IMG/VR virus record: IMGVR_UViG_3300021440_000001
Reading direction: 5' to 3' (one strand)
DNA from: a virus
Taxonomy: Duplodnaviria > Heunggongvirae > Uroviricota > Caudoviricetes
DNA: 17,498 nucleotides
The first letter of the stretch is position 1. Each line of letters opens with the position of its first letter. This document shows positions 1 to 8,457 of the stretch, piece by piece. Below the pieces are notes generated by a model. That model worked only from the letters and a program-made list of their open reading frames with translations. It had not been told where the DNA came from and did no database searches. Position numbers and translations under genes: made by a program.

Positions 1-190
1 CAAAGGCCTCTAGGCGCTCTGCCGCGATTGCGGAGTAGTATGTATCAGCCGATTTACTCCATTCCGCATAAAAACTGTTTGCATCGCCAGCGGGATACCT
101 GTCAGCCCCACCCCCGGGGTACGTCAGACCAGTAAGTTCCTCTGTATCTGTGTTGATGATCCCGTGCAATGGTACAACGGCTTCTGCCAT
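1..190 (-). CDS. Hypothetical protein downstream of the major capsid gene (partial, runs off window)
   Basis: AAGGAG SD then ATG at 190; open for 63 codons to the window edge (MAEAVVPLHGIINTDTEELTGLTYPGGG...). Not in the ORF track. Confidence 0.7.
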   Translation of the reverse strand, partial: MAEAVVPLHGIINTDTEELTGLTYPGGGADRYPAGDANSFYAEWSKSADTYYSAIAAERLEAF

Positions 191-192
191 TT

Positions 193-263
193 CTACTCCT
201 TTAGTAGGCCAGCCGCTTTGGCTGGCCACGTCCGTAGCACCCCCTATAGGAGGTGCCATCGGA
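193..263 (-). promoter_or_regulatory. Tandem RNA hairpins between capsid stop and next gene
   Basis: GCACCTCC-TATA-GGGGTGC (237-256) extended by TCCG/CGGA; GGCCAGCC-AAAGC-GGCTGGCC (207-227); CTACT-AAAGG-AGTAG over the SD. No U-tract. Confidence 0.55.
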
Positions 264-1277
264 TTAGTTGGACGATGTCAGTTCCACGACCAGCGCAGGG
301 CGCAGCAGGGCGTTGACGAAGTTCGATTCGCTTTCGATTTCGATCTTCGTGCCCTTGGCGTCAGCCGTTTCAAACACGTAGACTTGTTCGCCGAGCGTGT
401 TAACCAGGCCGAAGCGGTTTGCAGGCGAGAAGTACGTCTTGAACGCATCGGTTCCCATCGGAACCATGTAAGCCTTGCCAGCAGGGATCAGGCGCTGACC
501 AGCATACGTGTCACGCATTTCAACGAACTTCGTGCCGCCGAACTCAAACTGACGGTGGAGAGCCGAAGCGCCACCCAGACGTTGACGCAGGGGCTCTTGC
601 GTGCTCATGTAATACTGATACGCAGTCTTGACAGAGGCGTGCGAAATCAGCTTGGCGAAGAATTCCGGCGAAGTCAGAACAACAGTTCCGGTCACCGAAG
701 CTCCGAAGGCGTTGTCTTGAATCTGGGAGATACCAGCTTCAATCTTCGCGATCATTTCAGTCGTGCCAGTTCCGAGCAGGAAGTCAACAGATGTACGGGT
801 CACACCGAACTCAGTGTTCCAGTTCTGCGACACAGTGCCGTTCGGCGAGTACACGGTAGCGCCCGTGACTGCTTGTGCGCGGGCGAATTCCAGCGTCCAA
901 GCATGGTTTTGGCGAATACGCTCAAGCTTGCGTGCGCGCACAGCTTCGAGAGTTTCAACACCGGCAGCCGAGCCATAAGCGCGCTTGCCCTGAAGGTCTT
1001 GCGGGCTGATGTAGTCGTCATACGGGAAGTGAGGAACCGCAAAGGTATGCAGCTTGCGAGTTGCATCCTTACCTTGCGATCCACGGTCGCCACGAACGCG
1101 GTCAACGATGAGTCCGCCATCCTTGATGATTTCTTCAAAAACCACCACATGCTCAGCGACAGATTCTTCTTGGAAGAGTCCGAGCTGGCCGATTGTGCCC
1201 CATTGGTTAGGGACTACGTTGACTTCTTGGGTCCAATCGGCCACTTCAAAGCCGTTTGCAAAGCTACGAATAATCAT
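264..1277 (-). CDS. Major capsid protein (Phage_cap_E-like, HK97 fold)
   Basis: 337 aa; motifs FAVPHFPYDDYISPQDLQGKRAYG, RARKLERIR, IESESNFVNALLRP; AAGGA SD; follows protease, scaffold and decoration genes. Confidence 0.93.
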   Translation of the reverse strand: MIIRSFANGFEVADWTQEVNVVPNQWGTIGQLGLFQEESVAEHVVVFEEIIKDGGLIVDRVRGDRGSQGKDATRKLHTFAVPHFPYDDYISPQDLQGKRAYGSAAGVETLEAVRARKLERIRQNHAWTLEFARAQAVTGATVYSPNGTVSQNWNTEFGVTRTSVDFLLGTGTTEMIAKIEAGISQIQDNAFGASVTGTVVLTSPEFFAKLISHASVKTAYQYYMSTQEPLRQRLGGASALHRQFEFGGTKFVEMRDTYAGQRLIPAGKAYMVPMGTDAFKTYFSPANRFGLVNTLGEQVYVFETADAKGTKIEIESESNFVNALLRPALVVELTSSN

Positions 1278-1963
1278 GATTTAAAATCCTTTTTCACAGT
1301 TAGTGTCTGAATCCAGCCCAGCCATTCGTGGTCTATAAGCGGGTTCCAATTTTGTTTAAACTTACGATACATTCCTTGTAGGGCATACTTATTCGGAAGA
1401 CCGAAATGTTTACCCAAGCTTGTGTATCCCAAGTGAGAGTTGGCTTGCCAGAACTGGAATATTTCAGCCGCCCTGGCCCACAACGATTTATCCGCCTTAG
1501 ATACTTCCCACGGTAGCCTGTCTTTAGCAGCCTCCCGCATCTTTATTTTGGCGTCTTCAGATCGTTTTATTCCTGATCTGACTTTTGCAGCAGCTTGTCT
1601 CGCAGGGGAGTTAGAGCTTCGTCTAACGCCTTCTGCTATCTTCGCCTTGGCTTGTTCGGAATGTTTGACGTGTGCAGGCGGCTTTCCACCACCTTGTACC
1701 ACATTCCAACCAATCCGTTCTTTAGGGCGCAATCTTCGCTCTGTCTCTAAGCAGTAGTCTTCGCTTCCTGAGACAAGAGTTGTTAGAACAACTTCGTCAC
1801 CATACTTACGAATTGCTTTGTACAGTGTGTTAGAATTACCCCGCTTAGCCTCGCTAAGATGCTCCGCAAACCTGTCACTAGGACTACGCGAAGTAACTCC
1901 TATGTAACCCTCAGTCAAAAGGTTTGTGTGCGTTGGCAAGTGAATCCAGTAGACACAGCCCAC
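1274..1963 (-). CDS. Free-standing GIY-YIG (Seg-like) homing endonuclease with NUMOD3-like repeats
   Basis: VYWI...GYIGVT...RFAEH...LYKAIRKYG...E...GWN; repeats HSEQAKAKIAEG and RSEDAKIKMREAA; stop overlaps capsid ATG (ATGA); GTG start lacks an SD. Confidence 0.85.
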   Translation of the reverse strand: MGCVYWIHLPTHTNLLTEGYIGVTSRSPSDRFAEHLSEAKRGNSNTLYKAIRKYGDEVVLTTLVSGSEDYCLETERRLRPKERIGWNVVQGGGKPPAHVKHSEQAKAKIAEGVRRSSNSPARQAAAKVRSGIKRSEDAKIKMREAAKDRLPWEVSKADKSLWARAAEIFQFWQANSHLGYTSLGKHFGLPNKYALQGMYRKFKQNWNPLIDHEWLGWIQTLTVKKDFKS

Positions 1964-1971
1964 GAGATTAG

Positions 1972-2379
1972 TTAGATTGCGGCTTCGACCAGAAGGCCGG
2001 CGACAGCGAGAGCAGTCTTCACGGAGGTCACAGTATGACCAGTTCCGAGTTGCAGACCAGCGTCAGCCAGAATCACGGGACCGCGAACAAGAACAACTGC
2101 CTTGGCGTCAGTACCGCTGGTAAGGGTGATGTCGGTCGAAAGACCAAGACCGTCAGCGATGAGAACCGCAGCCGGGGTTTGTGAGCCATCAGCAGCAGCC
2201 GAGAGCGAGAGCTTGTACTTGCCGGTGGCAGTTACCTTGCCGAGAACAGCACCAACCTTCAGGTTGAGGTTAGCTGTGTCATTCAGCACCACCGATTCAC
2301 GGCAGTATGAAGTAGCAGGTTCAAACTCGTACTTCACGACGCCAGACAGGCGGGTTGAGTCAGTTGCAAAAACAGACAT
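1972..2379 (-). CDS. Head decoration protein (lambda gpD-like)
   Basis: 135 aa with LKVGAVLGKVTATGKY...ADGSQTPAAVL motif; upstream of the capsid gene. Confidence 0.82.
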   Translation of the reverse strand: MSVFATDSTRLSGVVKYEFEPATSYCRESVVLNDTANLNLKVGAVLGKVTATGKYKLSLSAAADGSQTPAAVLIADGLGLSTDITLTSGTDAKAVVLVRGPVILADAGLQLGTGHTVTSVKTALAVAGLLVEAAI

Positions 2380-2409
2380 TGATTTTCCTTTTAGCTAAAG
2401 AGGGTGCGC

Positions 2410-2946
2410 TTACTTTGCGCTGTACTTTTCACGAAGAATCTTCATTTCAGCAGATTCTTCGACCTTCGCAGCGTTAGCCTCAGCAGCTACGCCGACTTCT
2501 TTGAACATGCCCGTCTTGCCCTCGGCATCAACAGACAGGCTCAGAGCCGACACAACAGCGTCAAACGCTGCGTCATCAAGCGTTTCAGTTGCAGCCGTAA
2601 TGGCGCCAGACTTTGACGTTCCTACGGCAGCTTCAATCTTTTCCTTGCGAGCTGTGAGGCGCTTTGCAGCGGCTTCAGCTTCAGCGGCAATCTTCTCGGC
2701 GTTTACAGCTTCGAGTTGTGCCTGGAGTTCTGCTACCTTGGCGTCAGCCTCGGCAACAGCAGCGACGGCGGTTTCAAGGGCTGTAGATATCTCTTGAAGC
2801 TGAGTAGTAGCATCCGCAAGCGCAGTTTCTGAAGACGCCTTGAAGGCATCAAACTCTGCCCGAAGGGTTTCGACGCTGGTGGATACAACAGGCTCAGAAG
2901 CTCCAAGTTTCGCCATCAGGCGAGCAAGCATTGTATTTTGCTTCAT
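2410..2946 (-). CDS. Capsid scaffolding-like coiled-coil protein
   Basis: 178 aa, Ala/Glu-rich helical sequence between protease and decoration genes; function inferred from synteny. Confidence 0.65.
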   Translation of the reverse strand: MKQNTMLARLMAKLGASEPVVSTSVETLRAEFDAFKASSETALADATTQLQEISTALETAVAAVAEADAKVAELQAQLEAVNAEKIAAEAEAAAKRLTARKEKIEAAVGTSKSGAITAATETLDDAAFDAVVSALSLSVDAEGKTGMFKEVGVAAEANAAKVEESAEMKILREKYSAK

Positions 2947-3791
2947 TGCATTTCCTTTTGAATTTGAGAGACGTATGCAGCGAACTGCTTATTCGTCATG
3001 ACAGCATTTGCAAGCCCCTTCTCAACTGCTGTTGCAGCATCAAATATTTTGGCTTCAAATCCGGTGATAGTCTTTACATCAAGACCAGTGTACTTGCTGA
3101 CGTGTGTGGCAAACTCTGCATTGAGCCTGTCTACGTCAGACTGAATATCTACAAGGAACGACTTCTTGAATGAGCCATCCTCAGCAAACGGAACCTTTGA
3201 TTCCCCAGATGTGACGAAGATTCGCTTCAGTCCGGCATTTTCCATGGCCTTCGACGTATCGAGAAGGGCTACAACGCAGCCGATTGATCCGAGGGAGGCA
3301 GATGGGTTAGCGATTACTTGATCGCACACACAGATGAGGGCGTAAGCCGCAGACGCTGCGATAGTGTCTGCATATCCGATAAGTGTGATATCATTTTCGT
3401 CGCAAATTGCGCGGATGTCTTCACAAGCCTGGAATACGTGAGAGGCTTCGCCGCCACCAGACGTTACTTCCATGACAATGGTCTTTACGCCAGCTTCGGC
3501 CATGTCTTCGACTTGATTTACAAGAGACTGGTAGCTAGTACCAGCTTCCCCGCAGAGCGTCATCACAGGCTTGTATGTCAAGCTTCCATCTACACGAAGG
3601 ACGCCGAGGCCGTTTGCGTACATCGGCTCTTCTTGATCGTCTTCAGGCTCTGGGCCGTCAAAAATGTCCATCCTGTAATCCAGCGAGTTGCGGGAATCAA
3701 GGTAGTCGAGCACTACGCTGAAAGCTTCTGTCGTGATTAGATGTGGGCGATTCCAAATGGAGGCGGCAAACCTATGAAGATGATGCGCCAT
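2943..3791 (-). CDS. Prohead (capsid maturation) protease, peptidase S49 family
   Basis: SGGGEAS, AASAAY, GSIGCV and SGESK motifs of SppA/S49; AAGGA SD. Confidence 0.9.
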   Translation of the reverse strand: MAHHLHRFAASIWNRPHLITTEAFSVVLDYLDSRNSLDYRMDIFDGPEPEDDQEEPMYANGLGVLRVDGSLTYKPVMTLCGEAGTSYQSLVNQVEDMAEAGVKTIVMEVTSGGGEASHVFQACEDIRAICDENDITLIGYADTIAASAAYALICVCDQVIANPSASLGSIGCVVALLDTSKAMENAGLKRIFVTSGESKVPFAEDGSFKKSFLVDIQSDVDRLNAEFATHVSKYTGLDVKTITGFEAKIFDAATAVEKGLANAVMTNKQFAAYVSQIQKEMQ

Positions 3792-4470
3792 AAATATCCT
3801 TAAAAGCTAACCAGTTTAGATCACTACTTGGAATCCAACCGGATTTGAATTTTTGAACGATTGCAAACAACTTGGAAGCTTCTAATCCACTCATACGTGA
3901 CAGCGTGTAGTGGCTCTTTCTCGTCAACTCGCAAAATAGCGAATATAGAGTGTCTGCCGAAGCCCATACAGACTTGTCGGATTTGGCATACTCCCAAGGC
4001 TTGTGCCTAAGTTTGTCCTTTGTTTCCACAGAGTGCCGCTTACCAAAGAACGGATTCTTGTCGCCAGTCTTACCGTAGAGACCATTCCTGCGACCAGAGT
4101 TGGCTACACCTATCTTTGCTCTGGTTTCGTTTGATAGAGACTTCCCAAAGTTAGGGTGGGCCTCTCCTGTAACACCGCGCATCGGGGACTTTCCTCCACC
4201 TTCGGCTATGTTCCAACCGATGTGCCTAGACGGTCTAAGCTTGGCCTCAATACAATAGCAATACTCTTCATCCGCCTCAAGTAACGGTTGCACAATCAAA
4301 TCACTTCCGTACTTTCTAATCGCGTTGTGAACAGCGTAAGTGCTACCGCCAGCGGCTTCCTTCTTATGCTGCCTAAGTCTCTCGGACAACGTGTGTTTAG
4401 TAACGCCTATGTAGCCTTCCCTGAACATGTCTATGTGCTCAGGGAGGTGTATCCAGTAAACGTACGCCAT
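3772..4470 (-). CDS. Free-standing GIY-YIG homing endonuclease with NUMOD3-like repeats (paralog of 1274-1963)
   Basis: VYWIHLP...EGYIGVT...RLRQH...AIRKYG...GWNIAEGGG; HPNFGKSLSNETRAKIG and NPFFGKRHSVETKDKL repeats; overlaps protease start by 20 nt. Confidence 0.87.
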   Translation of the reverse strand: MAYVYWIHLPEHIDMFREGYIGVTKHTLSERLRQHKKEAAGGSTYAVHNAIRKYGSDLIVQPLLEADEEYCYCIEAKLRPSRHIGWNIAEGGGKSPMRGVTGEAHPNFGKSLSNETRAKIGVANSGRRNGLYGKTGDKNPFFGKRHSVETKDKLRHKPWEYAKSDKSVWASADTLYSLFCELTRKSHYTLSRMSGLEASKLFAIVQKFKSGWIPSSDLNWLAFKDIYGASSS

Positions 4471-4476
4471 GCTATG

Positions 4477-5988
4477 CTAAGCGGCATTGTCGGCGTTAGC
4501 CGTGGAAGTGTCCTTGCCGCCTTGCGGGTTCTTTGCTGTCCCATTTCCAGTCGTGCCTACTTCCATTCCTGCGCCAGACTTGCTAGAATTACCGGCAAGG
4601 GCAGAAGGAAGGTTTTCTTTGTCAACAGGCTCATCGTCTGGCTTCTCAGGAACTCCAAGAACCTTGCGGACGCGGTTGAGAACAGAGCGATCAACTTCAA
4701 TGGCACTTGTGGAGAACACTCGCTGCACTGCCTTGCTGAATTCTTCGAGGCTGACTTCTTCGATGTCAGAGTAGACAAACTTTGCCATCTTGCTTGTGTC
4801 CCAGCCATTCATTTCGTACAATGTACGCATGAGGTGAGAGTTAAGCACTTCAGCGACTTCACGAAGGCGGTAGTCGATTGCAAGCGCAAGAACAGAACTC
4901 TTACTCTCGGCGAGAGAAAATGAGCCAGAACCTTCAGCGCCGAGCTTGAGGATATCGACACTGAGAGCAGAAAGGATGTCACCTTGTAGGCGACGGATAA
5001 CAGACTCTGTATCGTATTTCGCACCGCCCTTGGACTCCATCAAGTCGTAGGTAAACAGCGGAAGCTTAGATTCCGGGTCGATCATGTTCGGGACAAGCAG
5101 GCCGCGCTGGGTGCCAGCGTTGTAGTTGTCGATGATCGTCTGGAATGCGGCTACTGCAGCTTTGTCTTCTGGCGAAGCATTTGGGTCAAGATATCGCGGA
5201 GGAATTGTGATCTTGAGAATACCTTGAACATCTTTTGCAATACCCACCAGCTCTTGATTTTGGAGCAGAGAAAGCTGCTTGAATGCGAGGTAGATGTTTT
5301 TGTAGATCGAATTGCCTTCTGGGTTTCCTTTTGTCGCGCTTGCCGAGAATAGTAGGAACTTCTCTCTGTCAATTTCAAGGCGTCCATTGACATTTGTGCG
5401 ATTTTGGAAACGGTAGGCGTTTTCAATGTGGGTGAGCGACTGTTCTACTTTGATAAGGTCTGCACCATCCTCAGAGAACACCCACCCACAGATCGTGTCT
5501 TGGCTGCGAGGTGCAAGCTTTTTCAGCCCAATGAGTCCATCGTTGTGCTTAGACCCGTTGCGCTTCAGTCTGCGTCGCAATACAATCTCGTTTACAGCAA
5601 AGCCATACTCAAGGTACGGGACGACACTTTCAATGAAAGACGACCAAGAGCCGTCCATGTCGTGCATCATCGTGTGGATAGCCTCTGCCCGAGCCTTGTC
5701 TTGGTCGGTGGCATCTTCAGCAGGCTCAACGCTCCACGGAACACGCGCCATCATCATTCTGTAAACATTCATAGCCGCACCAACCGTAGGGTTGTTGCGC
5801 ATTTCGTTCACTGTTGAAATGAAGTTAGGATAGCGGAAAGCTTGTTGAGCTTCTTCGAGAATTCGCTTGTTGCTGGTCTTAAGACCTAGGACACCTTGCT
5901 CGCCGAGCTTGAGTCGCGGGACGACTGCTTGCGGGTCTGGAGCCAGGGCAGCGGGGTCTACGCCCTCCGGCGTATTCGCTTCAGGCAT
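4477..5988 (-). CDS. Portal protein (DUF935-like)
   Basis: 503 aa directly after terL; YGFAVNEIV, GNPEGNSI, GSFSLAESK motifs; AAGGAG SD. Confidence 0.88.
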   Translation of the reverse strand: MPEANTPEGVDPAALAPDPQAVVPRLKLGEQGVLGLKTSNKRILEEAQQAFRYPNFISTVNEMRNNPTVGAAMNVYRMMMARVPWSVEPAEDATDQDKARAEAIHTMMHDMDGSWSSFIESVVPYLEYGFAVNEIVLRRRLKRNGSKHNDGLIGLKKLAPRSQDTICGWVFSEDGADLIKVEQSLTHIENAYRFQNRTNVNGRLEIDREKFLLFSASATKGNPEGNSIYKNIYLAFKQLSLLQNQELVGIAKDVQGILKITIPPRYLDPNASPEDKAAVAAFQTIIDNYNAGTQRGLLVPNMIDPESKLPLFTYDLMESKGGAKYDTESVIRRLQGDILSALSVDILKLGAEGSGSFSLAESKSSVLALAIDYRLREVAEVLNSHLMRTLYEMNGWDTSKMAKFVYSDIEEVSLEEFSKAVQRVFSTSAIEVDRSVLNRVRKVLGVPEKPDDEPVDKENLPSALAGNSSKSGAGMEVGTTGNGTAKNPQGGKDTSTANADNAA

Positions 5989-6012
5989 GTAATTGCTCCT
6001 TTGATTGCCGTG

Positions 6013-6041
6013 ATTGTAGCACGGCTTTATGTATTTGTCAA
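6013..6041 (-). promoter_or_regulatory. sigma70-type promoter for the portal/head operon
   Basis: TTGACA-17 nt-TACAAT with extended -10 (TGC), just after the terL stop. Confidence 0.8.
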
Positions 6042-6044
6042 GTC

Positions 6045-7406
6045 CTACACAGTTGGCACAGGACTTGCTTGTGAAAGCACGGGTACTGCGAACGTCGGGA
6101 GTTGAACTTGACGCGACAATGTGTTGAATGCGTCGGATGTGGCGTCCACCATGTCGTCATGTTGATTGCGGGAGCCTTCAAAACATTCCAGCTCTGAGAG
6201 GAAGTCCTCGTTCCAGTCTCCTCGGACTACACGGACGGCTCCACTTTCTGCAAGCGAGCAAAATGGTAGGAAGCGCTGTATCTTGCCAGATTGACCAGAC
6301 ACTACAACAGATTTTGCTGCAACGCCGTCCTCCGCCAATGCCCTGATGAAAAATGCATTAGCTACTTTACCACCCGCCCCAGGATCACGAGGAATAGTAA
6401 CTTGACAGTCTAGGCCATCAAAGTTTCTTGCCGTGTCGGATATGTCCTTGAGAACCCCGTCAGTCAACTTTCTGGTACGATGAACATGCTCTATGTAATA
6501 GATGCCGTATTTATCTCTAGACATCTTCACTCCCGCAGTCCAGTCCGGGTCTGGTGTAGACTCTGAAACGACGCTTGCAGCGATATCCCATGCTCGGACT
6601 ACAGCGACTGGATTAACAGGCGGGAAGTCAACAATCTCAACCCAGTCCCTGCGGAAGAACCCAGAACCCTCTGCGCGTGCAGTCCAAGACCCATGTAGGT
6701 ATCGGAGCTGGTTTACACGCGGCTGTGACAGCAGGTTTGCAAGATACCCAGGGTTGTTCTTCAGCAGAATCGGGTTATCATACACCGTGAGAGGGATGAA
6801 CCTGAAACTCTTTGGAAGGAATGTGATCTTGCCTTTAGACGGGTCACGATTCTTGCCTAGAGGTTGTCCAGGCTTTTCCCAAAGCTCTTCAACACTGTCT
6901 GCCCAGTACATTTTACCAGACTCGTTGAAGAAGTACCGGCGAATGTTTTCAGTTCCGTTGGCTGGGATGCCATCTGCTTCATTAAGTGAATACTTAACCC
7001 AGTCGTAAAGGAATGAGTCACGCGACGGGTTGCACGTCATCGTGATGTTCATGTGTCCCTTGTACTTTGCACCACGAAGACGTGAGAGTAGGAACAGGAT
7101 TTCCTCTTGTGTGAACTCTGCGGCTTCGTCAACGAGGATGTTCGTTGCTTGCAGCCCCTGCCACTCGCCTAGGTTGTCAGGGATAGCCGCGAACTGGATT
7201 GTAGCTCCGTTAGGAAATACCCATGTCAGGGCTTGAACCTTGAGCACACCCCCGAAGTGTGTGTAGATGCCCTTAGATTCGTCTACAAGGCCCCCAGACA
7301 GCTTCAGCATAGGGTAGCTACGTCGGACGATCATGACACGCGCTGCGGGGTCATTGATGTACTTCAACGCCTTGGTAAGGCATGCGTGCGATTTCCCGCC
7401 TCCTGC
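6045..7406 (-). CDS. terL: Terminase large subunit, exon 2 (453 aa; spliced protein 485 aa)
   Basis: Starts AGGGKS (second half of Walker A); ILVDEAAEF Walker B; TCNP coupling motif; RAWDIAAS and HDDMVDA RNase H-like nuclease motifs. Confidence 0.93.
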   Translation of the reverse strand, partial: AGGGKSHACLTKALKYINDPAARVMIVRRSYPMLKLSGGLVDESKGIYTHFGGVLKVQALTWVFPNGATIQFAAIPDNLGEWQGLQATNILVDEAAEFTQEEILFLLSRLRGAKYKGHMNITMTCNPSRDSFLYDWVKYSLNEADGIPANGTENIRRYFFNESGKMYWADSVEELWEKPGQPLGKNRDPSKGKITFLPKSFRFIPLTVYDNPILLKNNPGYLANLLSQPRVNQLRYLHGSWTARAEGSGFFRRDWVEIVDFPPVNPVAVVRAWDIAASVVSESTPDPDWTAGVKMSRDKYGIYYIEHVHRTRKLTDGVLKDISDTARNFDGLDCQVTIPRDPGAGGKVANAFFIRALAEDGVAAKSVVVSGQSGKIQRFLPFCSLAESGAVRVVRGDWNEDFLSELECFEGSRNQHDDMVDATSDAFNTLSRQVQLPTFAVPVLSQASPVPTV

Positions 7407-7648
7407 CAATGGTGTTCAAAAAGGCTTGCTATACCTTCCCCGCCCAAATGGGCCGCTGCATGTCGCCATGCAGATCAGACTATATCTTTACCTGTGATAG
7501 CAGGTAATCCCCGTTTCCACCCGCTTAGGTGTACTCTCTTTCGAGATAGTCGTTACACGTTCCGCCATTATAGCGGCTTCGCTCGGTATTGTCTCGCAGA
7601 GAGTTTCACCGAGTTAGAGGATTGTTTTTAACGTGGAGGCACAAGTTT
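7407..7648 (-). ncRNA. Self-splicing group I intron (subgroup IA2-like), 242 nt, no ORF
   Basis: 5' site after U (GGU|AAA), terminal omega-G (CCAUUG|GCA). P1 GUGGUGGU/GCCUCCAC with U.G at the splice site; P3 AAUCCUC/GGGGAUU; P4 CUCGGU/ACCGAG; P7 GACUA/UAGUC in AACGACUA and AAGAUAUAGUC; P7.1 UCUC-GAAA-GAGA; P7.2 CACC/GGUG; P8 UUACCUG/CAGGUAA; P9 CUGCAUG-GCGA-CAUGCAG. Excision restores the frame. Confidence 0.93.
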
Positions 7649-7744
7649 ACCACCACCGCAAAGCAGAATATCTGTATCATCATCCAGCAGGATCATCTGC
7701 TGCTTCAGACTACATGGTGCAAAGATTAACCTGTCGTCACTCAT
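7649..7744 (-). CDS. terL: Terminase large subunit, exon 1 (32 aa)
   Basis: MSDDRLIFAPCSLKQQMILLDDDTDILLCGGG; joined to exon 2 gives ILLCGGGAGGGKS (Walker A). ATG overlaps the HNH stop (ATGA). Missed by the ORF track. Confidence 0.9.
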
Positions 7745-8319
7745 TTATTACTCCCGTGAGATGGTTCATATACTATACCATTCGAGTTCAGCTCTTTAAT
7801 CTTCATCTCCCTGAAGGCGATGGCCATCTGCATAGCTACTTCATATCCGTACTTGTCTACACTGAAGTCTTTTGTGCGCTTTCCATTTTCTGGGTCGGAC
7901 CAGTTGGCACTGATAGTAGTGTAAATTCTGCCTGAAATCTCCCTACGACGAATCTGGACACCTGTAATACCGCTAGTATTGTTTCGCTGTTTTGAATGAT
8001 TTCTAGCCTGCTGTTCGATACGCTCCCATCGGATATTACCGTATGTGTACCAAGCATTGTTATCTATCCTACCAACACTCCAACCACTTCCTTCAGGCTT
8101 TTCTCCAATTTCTTTAAGGAAAGTAGGGAAACTTTCAACGAAATCACGATGGACAGATATACCCCTCTCGGCATAATCCTTGTATCGTTTATTTTTTGGA
8201 TTGAAGCAGCGTTTTTCCATATCTTTCCAATTACTGTAGGCAGGATTCTTACTCATTCCATGAGTCGTATTTCTCTTAGAGAGAGCAATACTTCTGCCAT
8301 TTGGAACTCTAACTTTCAT
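7741..8319 (-). CDS. HNH-type endonuclease with C-terminal AP2-like domain (192 aa)
   Basis: THGMS..Y..W..M..RC.NP....Y..Y..RGISV, RIDNN..Y..GNIRW and NNTSGITGV motifs. Start moved to ATG 8319 (GGAGGT SD) from the ORF-track start at 8484. Confidence 0.82.
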   Translation of the reverse strand: MKVRVPNGRSIALSKRNTTHGMSKNPAYSNWKDMEKRCFNPKNKRYKDYAERGISVHRDFVESFPTFLKEIGEKPEGSGWSVGRIDNNAWYTYGNIRWERIEQQARNHSKQRNNTSGITGVQIRRREISGRIYTTISANWSDPENGKRTKDFSVDKYGYEVAMQMAIAFREMKIKELNSNGIVYEPSHGSNK

Positions 8320-8341
8320 ATAACCTCCGCAGGTAAGTAAA

Positions 8342-8409
8342 TATTCTGAGTTCAACACACCAAGCCACCTGCGGACAGTGTTTACGCTAGATGCATTGAA
8401 CTCAGAATA
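8342..8409 (-). promoter_or_regulatory. Long hairpin upstream of the HNH RBS
   Basis: 14-bp perfect inverted repeat (8342-8355 / 8396-8409), extendable by G.U pairs; loop segment 8367-8375 is complementary to 8326-8334, which overlaps the SD. Confidence 0.6.
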
Positions 8410-8416
8410 CAATGTG

Positions 8417-8450
8417 AAAAACCCCGCAGCAGAGATACCTCTGAGCGGGG
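8417..8450 (-). terminator. Rho-independent terminator of the tRNA operon
   Basis: CCCCGC..CAGAG-GTAT-CTCTG..GCGGGG followed by TTTTT. Confidence 0.75.
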
Positions 8451-8457
8451 CCGTGTT

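Noticed and set aside
150-1310. 386-aa plus-strand ORF, and other long antisense ORFs (4288-4923, 6502-7008, 14777-15460, 15943-16497, 16948-17475)
   Set aside because: Shadow frames opposite well-supported genes; no SD or recognisable motifs.
1274-4470. Group I introns or inteins hosting the GIY-YIG genes
   Set aside because: Flanking genes are complete with their own starts and stops, and there is no room for a ribozyme core.
6045-7409. terL as a single ORF starting at TTG 7409
   Set aside because: That TTG is the intron 3' end (omega-G); it would leave half a Walker A. The true start is ATG 7744.
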